A program made the translations under genes and the position numbers. The notes below the pieces were generated by a model. The model was given only the letters and a program-made list of their open reading frames with translations. It was not told the origin of the DNA and ran no database searches. A stretch of DNA of 63,229 nt, the filler included, from Neoconidiobolus thromboides FSU 785 (taxonomy: Eukaryota > Fungi > Entomophthoromycota), in the NCBI GenBank assembly GCA_025603075.1. It is 5 parts of 5 records of this genome, joined end to end, with 100 filler letters (N's around TTAATTAATTAA, not from the genome) between each part and the next. Parts side by side here need not be neighbours in the genome. Positions count along the whole stretch, not along the records: positions 18,249 to 48,832 come from MU626486.1; 4 more parts are not named here. One strand, written 5' to 3'. Positions 24,841-37,052 of this stretch are shown piece by piece. Within the stretch, counting starts at the first letter, position 1. Each line of letters opens with the position of its first letter.

Positions 24841-25611
24841 TTATAAATATTGTTTGATGAAATTAGTAACAGCTGAAGTACGAGTATATACACCTGGATA
24901 ACCTTTAAGAGCGCATCCTCTACCCCATGAAACAATACCAACTAATACTGGTACTTTGTTTTCTTCAATAAACATAGGGCCTCCAGAATCACCCTGACAT
25001 GAGTCTTTACCACCCTCTGGATATCCGGCACAAAATTGGGTAACGGTGTCTAAATCTGGATATGCTTTCTTACATTTGTCAGCGTTAAATACTGGTACTT
25101 TAACTTCGAGTAGTACTTTAGATACGGCGCCACCAGATGAGGTAGTACCCCATCCGATGACCTTCAAAAGAGTATCATCCTTATTAGAATACTTTCCATC
25201 ATCTAATATTACACCTGTAGGTGAAAAATCAGTACTATCGATTCTCCAAATAGCAGCATCATTTGCATTGGTTGAAGCGTCATATAAAGGATGAGAAATG
25301 CGCTCAATAACTTGGTAAGTCTTACCGCCTTCAGCTTTAGGAGTTAATGTTAAATTATGTCGATGAATAGAAGCTTTCCAAGAAGAATCAGCACCTATAA
25401 CACAATGGGCAGCGGATATAATAGTGTTGCCATTAATCAAAGCACCACCACATGAATGTCTACCGTTATATTGAAGAGAAGCCATCCATGGATATTTAAA
25501 TTTAGGAGATACTTCATAACCGCCAACAATACGAGATGGTGGAAAAATATTATCTTCTTTAGTTTGAGAAGCTACAAGAGATAAAAAAGACAAGAAAATA
25601 GTTGGTTTCAT
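24841..25611 (-). CDS. Secreted trypsin-like serine protease (S1A), intact
   Basis: MKPTIFLSFLSLVAS signal, R|IVGG, SAAHC, NDAAIW, GGKDSCQGDSGGP. ATG at 25611. Confidence 0.95.
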   Translation of the reverse strand: MKPTIFLSFLSLVASQTKEDNIFPPSRIVGGYEVSPKFKYPWMASLQYNGRHSCGGALINGNTIISAAHCVIGADSSWKASIHRHNLTLTPKAEGGKTYQVIERISHPLYDASTNANDAAIWRIDSTDFSPTGVILDDGKYSNKDDTLLKVIGWGTTSSGGAVSKVLLEVKVPVFNADKCKKAYPDLDTVTQFCAGYPEGGKDSCQGDSGGPMFIEENKVPVLVGIVSWGRGCALKGYPGVYTRTSAVTNFIKQYL

Positions 25612-28072
25612 AATTAGAAAATATGAGTTGGACTTTGATTTACAATGCTCTCTTATATATTGCGACTGAAACCACATATTTTAAATAAAAAATTAAATAT
25701 TATAATGGAATTAAATTTAGGGAGCATTAATTAGTTATTATATTTATTCTAATTAATATTTTATTAAAATGATATTCTAAAATAATTCTTCCCTGCTTCT
25801 TGTTACCACCTTTATTCCTAGTTTTATCCTGCATGATAATAAATGGTTTTAATTATTTAATAGGCGGCTATTTTTATTGTCAACTGATAATTACTACTTC
25901 TTTTGCATATCTATTGTATTTCTTTTAAATATCATGTTATCCTATTATTTTATTTAAATTTAAAAATGGACATTAATTACTTCCGTTTGCATTATTAAGC
26001 GGTTATTCTTCTTTTAATATTACTATCATTATAGCTAATACTCCAATGTATGAAATTCTTTTGAAGTTGGACTAGTTTCTAATAATTAAAGTATGATTGT
26101 TTATATTCAAATGTGTAGTAACTAACAGTTTATTTAAAAATAAAATTTTAGGTCAAACTAAAGCTCATGAATTAAATTTTGAAAAAAATTTGACGACTAT
26201 TAGTTTTTTTTTGAAAAACATTACACATCTGAATTTAAACTCTAAAGACCAAGTTTGGTGCATTTTAAATTGGGATAAATTAATCAACGATTCACTTTTT
26301 CCGGTTTTTATTTATGCTAAAATTAAAAATTAAGTGTAAATGCTATAAAACAGTTATTTTTTGTAGTTTTAGAATAAGCATACATGAATATCTTTTTTAA
26401 TTTCCAGTTTAACAATTAATCTTGTTTAATTTTACGTTGCATAAAAAGTGGATAAAATAATAAGAAAAAGGATAATCCTTGTTAAATTTTATAAGGGCAA
26501 AATTTAGAGTAAGTTTTGTAAAGCTTTATCTTCAGCTTAGACCGAGTTTTTGGGTTTATCCATTAATTTAAAGTAACTTAGTACTTAGTATTACATTTTA
26601 ATATAATTGTATTGCAACAAAATAAAACTGAGGTCAATAGTTTCTTGATGATTTTTTAGTTTACTTTAATCTCATTTTCTTTCTAAAAACCTGTAAATAC
26701 TTATTACCACACTTCAGCCATTAAGCACCACTATTATGTGATAATTTCCCAGTTTTTAAAATTATCCAATCACAAAGCTAATTAGTCAAGTTTAAGGAAT
26801 CTAATGATATATTCACTAAATATTTGAGATTATTTTAGAGATTTAGAAATAGCTTTAAATTTAAAATATTGTAAACTTTAAACCGTGAATTTATAGCTTA
26901 TTTATGTTACATTAAAAGCTATTTTTATACTCACTCACACTTTATATTGACCCTATCACTATATTAATATAGATATTTTTTAACATAAAAAACAGATTTA
27001 TTTAATAGATTTTATGTGCAACTTGATATGCTTGATATGATATGTACTATTTTGATCATTTTACACGTTAGTAGTAAAATCTAATTTGTAGAGTATTGTG
27101 AATAAGAACGTCTCAAGCTCAAAAACATAAAAGATCATTAGTTTACTGATATTATTTATTAATAAATTATTTATACTGTAAATTAGGGCTGTCTTTGATT
27201 CTGTCTTGGAGATATATCATATATTAAATATCTTAGTCCAAAAAGATATACTTCGAACCATTCAAATAATAAAACAAAAAAGTACAAAAACTTAGCAACT
27301 GATATTGGATTCTCTCAATACGATAGCTAAAGTGCGAATCAACTTATTGTTGATGTTTATATATAATTCTATACAATAGTTAAAAACATAAAAAGAATAA
27401 GAAATGAGTGAGTTTTGCGAATGATACAATCAAATAATAATATAAGATAACATTTGAATCCTATAATTTATAAATTAAGATAGCTACATATTTAGACAGT
27501 TAAAATTTTACTTACTCATTAACGTGTTGGATGACATGCCATCAAGTCATTCCAATTCGGGAAACAAATCAAATGAATTGATAATTTATAGAAGTCCTTT
27601 GTTCAATTTCATCATTAATTTTTTAATAGCGTCACATTCCTTAACCTTCTGATCGGATTAACTAATATTATATTCAGTTTAGACAACTAACTAAAATCAT
27701 GAGATATATATAGTCAAATAAAATCATTGTGTATAAAATGCAAGCTTTCCTTTTAAAGCGAATAAAAAATAATAATAATAGTGATTATTTAATTTATAAA
27801 ATTTGGTTTTAATAGATAAATTTTAATGCCATTCAACTCTTACTCCTTTGTTTATGCTCATTCTTTTTTATTAAATCTTCAATATTAATAATACATTAAA
27901 TCACCTAATTTTAGGAATACTAACAAGTGTTATTGAAAAATCGCTAAAAGAAGATGACTTTTAAAAAGTCATAAGTAAAATTTAGAGGTTTATCAACATA
28001 TCTGGTGTTAGAGTATAAATAGCCACAAAAATTCCAATTGAAAAATTAAACAAATCATTGAATTTAATCAAA

Positions 28073-29314
28073 ATGAATAAATATTTATTATTAACTTTAG
28101 TTGCAAGTTTAGTTGCTGGAAAAAACACCTTCCAGGGTGAAAAGGTGTTAGATTGTACCGTTCAAAATTATGAAAAAGGAAAGGTATTATCCACCTTAGA
28201 TATTTGGGGATATGATCATAGTACCAAAACTTATACCTTACGTGTCCAAAATGAAGCGGAGTTAAAGCTTGCTAACTCAAGTGCACTCTGTAAAGTCAAG
28301 ATTGATGATCTTACTGCTCATGTAAATAAACTAGCTGATGCTGAAACTGATAATTTCTCAATCAAGGCTTCAACTGCTGACCCTTTCTTTAATAACTATC
28401 AAAGTTATGCTACTATTGGTTCCACTCTTCAACAATGGGCTACACAATATCCAGATTATGCTACTTTTATTCCATCAATTGGTAAATCTACTGAAGGAAG
28501 AGATATCTATGCCTTTAAAATCACCAATAAAAAATCCACTAGTACTAAAAAAGGAATATGGCTTAATTCAGGATTACATGCTCGTGAATGGATTGCACCA
28601 GCTTCTGGTTTATACACTCTTAAAAAATTATTAGAAAATGCTAGTAGTACTGAAGTAGCTGATCTTTTAAATACTTTTGAATTTCATTTTACTCCATTAG
28701 CTAATCCAGATGGTTATGAATATACCCGTAATACTAATCGTTTATGGAGAAAAAATAGAAGAAATAATGGTGGTAGTTATGGTGTCGACCTCAATCGTAA
28801 TTGGAATGATCATTGGGGTGTTGTTGGTAGTAGCACCACTCCTTCTTCAGATGTTTATCAAGGCCCAAGCCCTAACTCAGAACCCGAAGTAAAAGCACTT
28901 GCTGCTTATGCTTTAAATATTCCAAATCGATATGGTGGTATTGATTTCCATTCTTATGGTCAATTAGTATTACGTAATTGGGGATGGACTACACAATTGT
29001 CTGCCAATGAAAATGTGTTAAAACCATTAGGAGATGCTATGAAAGCTGCTTATGCTTCTAAAGGTTACACTTATACCTCCGATACATCCGCTGGTTTATA
29101 TCCAGCTTCTGGAGCTCTCGATGACTGGATGGCATCCGTAGCTAAATTAGTGTCATTTACTGTTGAATTATGTCCTGGAGATAATTCATCAGCTGGATTC
29201 CAATTGCCTGCTTCTGAAATTGTTAAATGTGCTGAAGGAACTTATGCTGCTGTTTTAACTTATTCAAAATATCTCAAACAAAACCCAAATATCCCACCAA
29301 ATAAGCCACTCTAA
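28073..29314 (+). CDS. Secreted zinc carboxypeptidase M14A with prodomain, carboxypeptidase B-like (copy 1)
   Basis: Signal peptide, HAREW, RKNRR, DLNRNW, DFHSY, YPASGALDDW, VELCP. ATG at 28073, with tataaata at 28014. Confidence 0.95.
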   Translation: MNKYLLLTLVASLVAGKNTFQGEKVLDCTVQNYEKGKVLSTLDIWGYDHSTKTYTLRVQNEAELKLANSSALCKVKIDDLTAHVNKLADAETDNFSIKASTADPFFNNYQSYATIGSTLQQWATQYPDYATFIPSIGKSTEGRDIYAFKITNKKSTSTKKGIWLNSGLHAREWIAPASGLYTLKKLLENASSTEVADLLNTFEFHFTPLANPDGYEYTRNTNRLWRKNRRNNGGSYGVDLNRNWNDHWGVVGSSTTPSSDVYQGPSPNSEPEVKALAAYALNIPNRYGGIDFHSYGQLVLRNWGWTTQLSANENVLKPLGDAMKAAYASKGYTYTSDTSAGLYPASGALDDWMASVAKLVSFTVELCPGDNSSAGFQLPASEIVKCAEGTYAAVLTYSKYLKQNPNIPPNKPL

Positions 29315-29899
29315 TCGTATTTTATTGATTAAAATAATGAAATAAAATTCATAAAAAATGATAACTAATATATATGTCTTACTTTTATTAAATCGAAGTT
29401 TTTATAATTTGAATTTAACATGAAAATTAGATAGTATTCAGTTCTTTTATAAGGGGCTTATTTAGTTTATTTTAATATTAGCTATTAATTCAATAGACTA
29501 GATATTACTTTTTGTTTCAATATTTTATAATTGATGAATGCTTTTTTATATTGATATTTGTTCAATATTTATAATTTAATATAAAAATTTCAATTGTAAG
29601 TCATAAAACAAGAAAAACATGATCAACTTTGTGTTTAATCTTAACTCAAAATAAAATCTTCACTTGATATTAAAAAAATTACAAGTAGTCTTTGGAGTTG
29701 CAATATCAAGTAGACTCCAACCCAGCAAAAGTTGATTAACTGGTATTCACTTCAAAGCTCAATAGTTAAAACGTGATCTTCTTGAATTTTAGGCTTAAAA
29801 ATTAGAATACTCAGACTCAAGTTAATAAATTTGAGACAAAATAGATTTTGATATTCTTTTTAATAAAAATTTCTAAACTTTAAATTCTAAAAAATATAT

Positions 29900-30000
29900 G
29901 GGACTGTTTTTTTGGTTTATTATTTTTAATTTTACTACAATCTTTCCACTCAAATAGCGCTTAAAAGATGGAAAAAATGAAGCCAAAAAAAACATCCCTC
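29900..30000 (+). mobile_element. MITE copy between the carboxypeptidase genes
   Basis: atat|gggactgt...acatccctc|atat with core tttccactcaaatagcgcttaaaagatggaaaa. Confidence 0.88.
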
Positions 30001-30583
30001 ATATTCCCATATGAAATTTAAACTTTGAAATCTAAATTCTAACAAATTGTTTTAAAAAAGAATCAGGTTGAAGTAAACAATGACTTTTCAATATGAATTT
30101 AATAGCTGATTTCTATTACCGCTGATACAATAATCAAGATATGAATAGATCCAATCAATATGCGAATGTGCTTTTATTTAGTATTTAATAGTTATTTAGA
30201 TTTTATGCTTCAAAAAAAATGAATAAGGTAATAAAATCCCTGTATTATTTAGTATATCAATAGTTTTGTTATTAAATAAGCAAGAATAGTATAAAATATA
30301 AGTTATGAATCAAGCATTGATGTTGCTATAGATGCTTTTCTTTTTATATTGTTTTAGTGTTTTCTTAATGAAATTCAACAAGTATTATTAAATAACACTA
30401 TATTTTAATGCTCTTAGAGATATTCATCATTTGCTTTACAAAACATTTTTATTCTTTTAGTTTACTCGTATCATTTTTTTAAAATAAGATTCAAGTTCAT
30501 GCAATTTATTTTTTGTTTAAAGTTTGAATATATAATTATTCTAGATATAACTTAATTATTATGGGATTTATTGTATGGTAAAT

Positions 30584-31825
30584 TTAAGGAATTGGAGTAT
30601 TTGGTGGAATGTTAGGATTTTGCTTCAAATATTTAGAATAAGCCAAAATAGCCGCATAAGAACCTTCCGAACACTTAACGATTTCAGAAGCGGGCAATTG
30701 GAATCCAATTGAAGAACCCTCCCCTGGGCATAACTCAACTGTGAAGGAGACCAACTTACCAACCGATGCCATCCAATCATCAAGCGCTCCAGAAGCTGGA
30801 TATAAATCGGCAGATGTTTCAGATACATAGTTATACCCTTTCGTTGCAAAAGCGTCTCTCATAGCATCTCCTAATGGTTTGACTAATTTTTCATTAGCTG
30901 ATAATTGAGTGGTCCATCCCCAATTACGTAATACTAATTGAGAATAGGAATGGAAATCAATACCACCATATCGATTTGGAATATTTAAAGCATAAGCAGC
31001 AAGTGCTTTTACTTCGGGTTCTGAGTTAGGGCTTGGGCCTTGATAAGTATCAGAGCGAGGGTTAGTACTACTACCAACAACACCCCAATGATCATTCCAA
31101 TTACGATTGAGGTCGACACCATAACTACCACCATTATTTCTTCTATTTTTTCTCCATAAACGGCTAGTACTACGACTGTATTCATAACCATCTGGATTAG
31201 CTAACGGAGTAAAATGAAACTCAAAAGTATTTAAAAGATCAGCTACTTCAGTACTACTAGCATTTTCTAATAATTTTTTAAGACTATATAAACAAGAAGC
31301 TGGTCCAATCCATTCACGAGCATGTAATCCTGAATTAAACCATATTCCTTTTTTAGCACCAGTGGATTTTTTATTGGTGATTTTAAAGGCATAGATATCT
31401 CTTCCTTCAGTAGATTTACCAATTGATGGAATAAAAGTAGCATAATCTGGATATTGTGTAGCCCATTGTTGAAGAGTGGAACCAATAGTAGCATAACTTT
31501 GATAGTTATTAAAGAAAGGGTCAGCAGTTGAAGCCTTAACCGACAAATTATTGTTTTCAGCATCAGCTAGTTTATTTACATGAGCAGTAAGATCATCAAT
31601 TTTTACTTTGCATTTTGTATTATTAGTAACTAGCTTATATTCTTTATCATCTAAAACACGTACGGTAAAGGTTTTAGCTTGCAAATCATATCCCCAAATA
31701 TCTAAAGTACTAAATAATTTGCCTTTGCTGCCCTTCACTAAAGCACACTCTAATACTTTTTCACCAGAATAGCTTTCACCAACGACTAAATTGACTAATA
31801 ATGCTAATAGGAATGTTTTATTCAT
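30584..31825 (-). CDS. Secreted zinc carboxypeptidase M14A, carboxypeptidase B-like (copy 2, convergent)
   Basis: Same motif set as copy 1. ATG of MNKTFLLALL is at 31825; the longer ORF-track start is unlikely. Confidence 0.95.
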   Translation of the reverse strand: MNKTFLLALLVNLVVGESYSGEKVLECALVKGSKGKLFSTLDIWGYDLQAKTFTVRVLDDKEYKLVTNNTKCKVKIDDLTAHVNKLADAENNNLSVKASTADPFFNNYQSYATIGSTLQQWATQYPDYATFIPSIGKSTEGRDIYAFKITNKKSTGAKKGIWFNSGLHAREWIGPASCLYSLKKLLENASSTEVADLLNTFEFHFTPLANPDGYEYSRSTSRLWRKNRRNNGGSYGVDLNRNWNDHWGVVGSSTNPRSDTYQGPSPNSEPEVKALAAYALNIPNRYGGIDFHSYSQLVLRNWGWTTQLSANEKLVKPLGDAMRDAFATKGYNYVSETSADLYPASGALDDWMASVGKLVSFTVELCPGEGSSIGFQLPASEIVKCSEGSYAAILAYSKYLKQNPNIPPNTPIP

Positions 31826-32393
31826 TTTAAAAAAGATGTTATTATCTAAATGTACTAATGGGTTGTTTATATATATATATTGGATCATGGACTTTGTGAT
31901 ACAATAAGTACCTTTTCTTTTATCTTCTTTTTTAAGCATGATCTTAATCACGTTAGTTTTATTCTCTTAATAAATCACTTGAATGTCATTTAGCTTACTA
32001 TTTTTTATTCTTTTATGTTGAATTGTACCTTTTTTATTAAATATAGCTAATAGTATTCTCATTTGATATTATCATTTACATGTTGTTGTTGCTATCATAT
32101 ATAATAAAATCAAGATAAACCATTTGTTGTAAAGTAATTCATGCAAGATTTGCCTCAAAATAATAGATCACACTTACAATAATTTTAAATGAGCATTAAT
32201 TTATAGAAAAATGTTCAATAGTAAGATTTTATAACTATTTAAAAGTTGAGGTTAAAAGTTAATTTTATCATTAATTTATCAACTAATCTTTACTTTTATT
32301 TTATTTTTAGTTTACATGTTTCGTAAATAATAGTCAATGATAAATAAACTTTATTTTCTTAATTTTTAGTTTTTAATTAATTTTTTATAATAT

Positions 32394-32492
32394 GGGAGTG
32401 TTTTTTTTGACTTGATTATTTTTTCCATTTCTTAAGCGCTATTTGAGTGGAAAATTTGTTGGTAAAATTCTTAAATACAAAAATACATCCCC
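32394..32492 (-). mobile_element. MITE copy with ATAT TSD
   Basis: atat|gggagtgt...acatcccc|atat. Confidence 0.9.
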
Positions 32493-33037
32493 ATATAAAC
32501 TATCATATAATTTATTTTGAATCTTTTTTTTATGAAAATTGATAATAAGTTTTATTTTGATATTTGTATGTAAAAAAGATCATGTTTATAATTAAATTTG
32601 TATTTAACATAAAACTTTACTACTAATATTTTATATCGATATAACGATTGTAATATATATATTTATATTTATATTAATTATCTTTTATTGTATTTTATTC
32701 AAAATCAAAAAAAAAATCCTCATATATGTAGAAAATAATAATTCAATTTTTATACGAAAAACATATTTATATAATAAAATATAAATTAACATTAATTTGT
32801 TAGATTTTAACTGTTAAATAAAGTAAAATAGAATTTGTTGTTCTTTAAATAATAGATCTAATTCATCATAAACATCGCTATATTGTTACATTAATTTATA
32901 TAATATCATAATAATTAAGCTTGAATTGTTTAAAGTACTAGAATCTTTATCCTTTAATGAAGTTTGAATTTTTTTATGATATCATGTCGTTGATATCGTC
33001 TTATAAATATGTTAAAAGGAAAGGGAGAAGTCAGTAT

Positions 33038-33135
33038 ATAGACGTTTTTTTTACTTTATTACTTTTTCCATCTTTTAAGCGCTATTTGAACGGAAACTTT
33101 GTTAGTAAAATTTTTAAACACAAAAATGCATCCCC
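33038..33135 (-). mobile_element. MITE copy, one end degenerate
   Basis: Core tttttccatcttttaagcgctatttgaacggaaac, ending gcatcccc. Confidence 0.8.
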
Positions 33136-34045
33136 CTATATTTTTTAAAAATCAGATTAGGAATATAAAATAAGTATGTTAATATCGATGTATTTCATAA
33201 ATTAATAATAAAATGTTAATAAGTAAACAACCTTTATTCGATATATATTAATTAATAGAAACCAGTTAAACAAACAGATATTTCACAATATAGTTCGAAT
33301 TCTATTTATTAAATTAAATATTTAAAACTGTTCTACTGTCAATAATGTTCCAATTTCAAGAATATATTATATTTATTAATATTCTAAGCCTTATTCATTT
33401 ATTTCCTAAGGTTATATCATCCTTTATCTATCAGTATAATAATATGAAGAACTGTTATAATTATTAAGATAAAAGTTCTTTGATTTCTAGCTTTATGTTA
33501 TTTATTATATTATACTTTTTATGTTACTAATGTAATTTATTAGATGGTATTAAGCCAGTTGCCAAGAAAATCTTAAATTTGAATTGGAACTATTTCAATA
33601 GAATTAATAACTTACTGTATTTAACATATTTGTTATTTTAAGTTGATTGATTTTTTTTTGACTTATATAGCTAACATAAAGCCAAATTATAGAACAATAA
33701 ATTAAAAAATTTATTAGCCATTATTTAGGTTTTTCAAGTGTACAATATACAATAGATTATATTGACAAATGGATTCAACAAAATAAAATAAAACAAAGCT
33801 GTTTTAAACGTTGACAATCGTTTGAGTTATAGCCCTCTATTAGTAATATGCTCCATTGAATGATAAATATATAAAAGTAATCGATTTCAGTTATTTTAAT
33901 AGTCTTTTAATATGTTCTTATATCAAGAACAGTGATACTTATAACTTAATTTATTTGTGTTAAGTTTTGATCATTTTAAATATATTAATACCCTTTCTTA
34001 GTAATAACGATGATTAAAACAATAGCGTCAGGATTCAAAAAAGGG

Positions 34046-34053
34046 TATATAAA
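34046..34053 (+). promoter_or_regulatory. Candidate TATA box of the chitin deacetylase gene
   Basis: gggTATATAAAggg about 150 bp upstream of the ATG. Weak evidence in an AT-rich background. Confidence 0.4.
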
Positions 34054-34201
34054 GGGTGAAGTTTTCAACTTTTAACATTATCAAACTCATTTAATTATTG
34101 AATAATTGAACTACTTTTACTATAATTTTATTAATTATTGATTAATTAATACAATACAACTAAACTATTATACTCTATATTATAACAACTACTAATTAAA
34201 A

Positions 34202-35233
34202 ATGAAATTTTTTGGATTATCTGCTGCCATTATTATCAACTCTTATTTACAAATTGTTACATCTCAAATGATCAAAGAATGTACCAAACCAGGTGTTGTT
34301 GCATTAACTTTTGATGATGGACCACATGATAACACCCCACAAATACTTGACGTGTTAAGTAAAAAGGGGGTTAAAGCTACCTTTTTCTTTATTGGAAGTA
34401 ATGTTGCTGGGAAAGAGGCCATTGTTAAACGTGCCTATGATGAAGGCCATCAAATCGCATCCCACACTTGGAGTCATCCGGGTTTACCTGAGTTATCTGC
34501 TGATGGTATCAAAGAAGAAATGCAAAAAACCGAGGATGCTCTTGAGAAAGCATTTGGAAAGAAAGTAAGATATATGAGAAATCCAAGATTAGAAGAAAAT
34601 CAAGTTGCTATGGATACTTTAAATGGTATGGATTATGTTCAAGTTGGTGTTAATTTGGATACCAATGACTGGAGAGATGATCGTAAAGCCAACCCAAGCT
34701 TAATTTTGGGAACTTACACTGATACAATGGCATCTGCTGACCCTGCTTCTCAATCTTTCATTACATTACAACACGATCATACCAATTTCGCTGATGCTAA
34801 GGTTGGAGAAGCTATTGATGCTATTAAAGCTAAAGGTTTTACCTTTGTAACTTCTGAAGAATGTCTTGGAAAAGGCTCAGCATATAGAGATGGTAGTGCA
34901 CAATCTTCTCCAACTTCTCCACCTCAAACCATGGAAACCACTCCAAGTAAACCTGAAGAGAACTCTACTGAAAAACCTACTGGCCCTAATGTAGAAGCTC
35001 CAGTAGAGTCAACTGAAGAGACTGAAGAGAGCTCAGAATGGGGTTCAGATGATGATGCAGTTAGCTTTAGAAAAATAAAACATAATAACAAATACGAAGC
35101 TAAACGCCACAATAACCAATACAGAGATCCCCGCTTTAGATCAGTTAGATCTCATCGTGTCCCAATCCCAGTTAGAACTCCCCATAATCGAGTTAAGCGC
35201 TCTCATGTTGTCCCAACTCCAATCAGTAATTAA
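34202..35233 (+). CDS. Secreted CE4 polysaccharide (chitin) deacetylase with S/T/P/E linker and basic C-terminal tail
   Basis: Signal peptide, TFDDGP, HTWSH, YMRNPRL (atypical motif 3), DTNDW, ITLQHD. Confidence 0.92.
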   Translation: MKFFGLSAAIIINSYLQIVTSQMIKECTKPGVVALTFDDGPHDNTPQILDVLSKKGVKATFFFIGSNVAGKEAIVKRAYDEGHQIASHTWSHPGLPELSADGIKEEMQKTEDALEKAFGKKVRYMRNPRLEENQVAMDTLNGMDYVQVGVNLDTNDWRDDRKANPSLILGTYTDTMASADPASQSFITLQHDHTNFADAKVGEAIDAIKAKGFTFVTSEECLGKGSAYRDGSAQSSPTSPPQTMETTPSKPEENSTEKPTGPNVEAPVESTEETEESSEWGSDDDAVSFRKIKHNNKYEAKRHNNQYRDPRFRSVRSHRVPIPVRTPHNRVKRSHVVPTPISN

Positions 35234-35327
35234 AACAGTATAATAAACAGTTAATATAGTTAAATGATTTTAAATAATTTTAAATTAATTAAGCATATAC
35301 TTCTAATATCATTTAAAAACGATATAC

Positions 35328-35419
35328 GAGGGTGTGTTTTTTTAAAGATTTTACTGATAGCTTTTCTACTCAAGTAGAGTTTAAAAGATGGAAAAAGTAA
35401 TGAAACTAAAAATATCTCC
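35328..35419 (+). mobile_element. MITE copy just downstream of the deacetylase
   Basis: atac|gagggtgt...atatctcc|atat with core ttttctactcaagtagagtttaaaagatggaaaaag. Confidence 0.8.
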
Positions 35420-37052
35420 ATATAATTTATGAAATTTGAAACTTATATTTTTGTTATGTTTTTTTATTTAAGTTTACTATTTGAAAATCCTACTGTTATA
35501 TTTATTATAATTAAAGAGCTATTGTGCTAATCAAATAAACGCTTCTAGATACTTTGGATAGTTATATACATGCTTTTGATAAAAGCTAGAGTAATAAACT
35601 ACCATCACTTTTAAAAGTCACTTTTTTAGGTTTAACAAATATCAATATTTAGCATCTTTAATAATTTAAAAAAATTTAAAGATACTATAACTCTACTATT
35701 TTTAAGCACTTATTTTAGCTACTATTATTTTTATTATAGTTATTATTAATTTCCTAATATTAAAATAAATTATAGTATTGTTTTATTTCACTTTTACACA
35801 TTTATATTTGTATCTATTAATAGGCTATACTATGTCATCATTCTATTGATATATTAATTCTAACAAATTAAAAATATTCTCAAATTTAACCTATATGCCA
35901 TATAGATTTACCTTTTCAAATAGTCAACCTTTTAAAATTGTGTCTAAAAAGAACAAAAAATGAAATGAAATTTAATAAACTTTATTCAACAAAGTGGATT
36001 TTCAATTTTTATTTCAACCAATAGATAAAAATAAAATACAATAATTGAGTTTCATTTTTCTTGTTTTTTACTATTTTACTGATGATAGACAGTAATGTTT
36101 AAATGTACAAACCAGAGATATAGCACCTATATGGAACAGTAGTTAATTTTTAGGGGTACTTAATATAAAGTTAAAGCCCTTAAGTCATGTCCCATGAGCT
36201 ATTAAGTTCGAATTTTATACCTTGAAAATAGCTTATGTTGCTATTTTATTTTATATAAGCTATTTTTAGATTTTTTTAAATCCACGTTACTTGCCCCAAA
36301 ACGCTTTTTTTATATAATAATTCCGAGATGGTACAAACAGCAAAAATTGGATATTTGTTTCTAATGAAAGTATGATATTATTTAGTATAATAGAATATAC
36401 AAAGTAATGGAACAAAGCACATTTTTAAAGTAAGGATTCTTGTTAGACTGATAGTTAGGCAGCACAATAAGAAAAGGCTATCCTCGCTAAAATATAAAAT
36501 AAAATAAGTGGTGATAAACAGGTAAAATAAATGAAAAATCCAAATATAGTAAAGCTCAAAATAAATTTAACTTGTACTTATAACTGTTACAGCCTCTTTG
36601 GGACTTTTTAGCAATAATTTTTAAAATTAAACTATTTTCAACCGATTTTTTTGAAGGTTGGCTTAAATATTCTACATAAATATAATATAATTTTTTTCTC
36701 AAATATGCTGTCAAATAGGTCACAAAAAAGCCTTAACAACTGTAATAATTAAAGTTTATAATGTCTGGTTCCTACCAAACTATAGCAATTGTATTCTAAT
36801 TTGGTAACATTAAACTAAATTTAGCACTGGTTGGTTAATTTACTGAGTACAAAATTCATTGTTAGTTTTTTTATAATTTACAAAAATACAAAAATAGTCA
36901 ATGCTTATCCATTTTGAGTGATATAGTATAGTAAAATAAAAGGTACTAATTATCAAAAGAATTCTTCAATAATTCTACTTTATTGGATAATCTAAAATTG
37001 AATATAATCCATCCTTTTTTCATTTGTTGTTTTTTTGCTTTCTTACCATTTA

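Noticed and set aside
27720-27760. ataaaatgcaagcttt matching the transposase start at 13709
   Set aside because: A short match in AT-rich DNA with no TIR or further homology.
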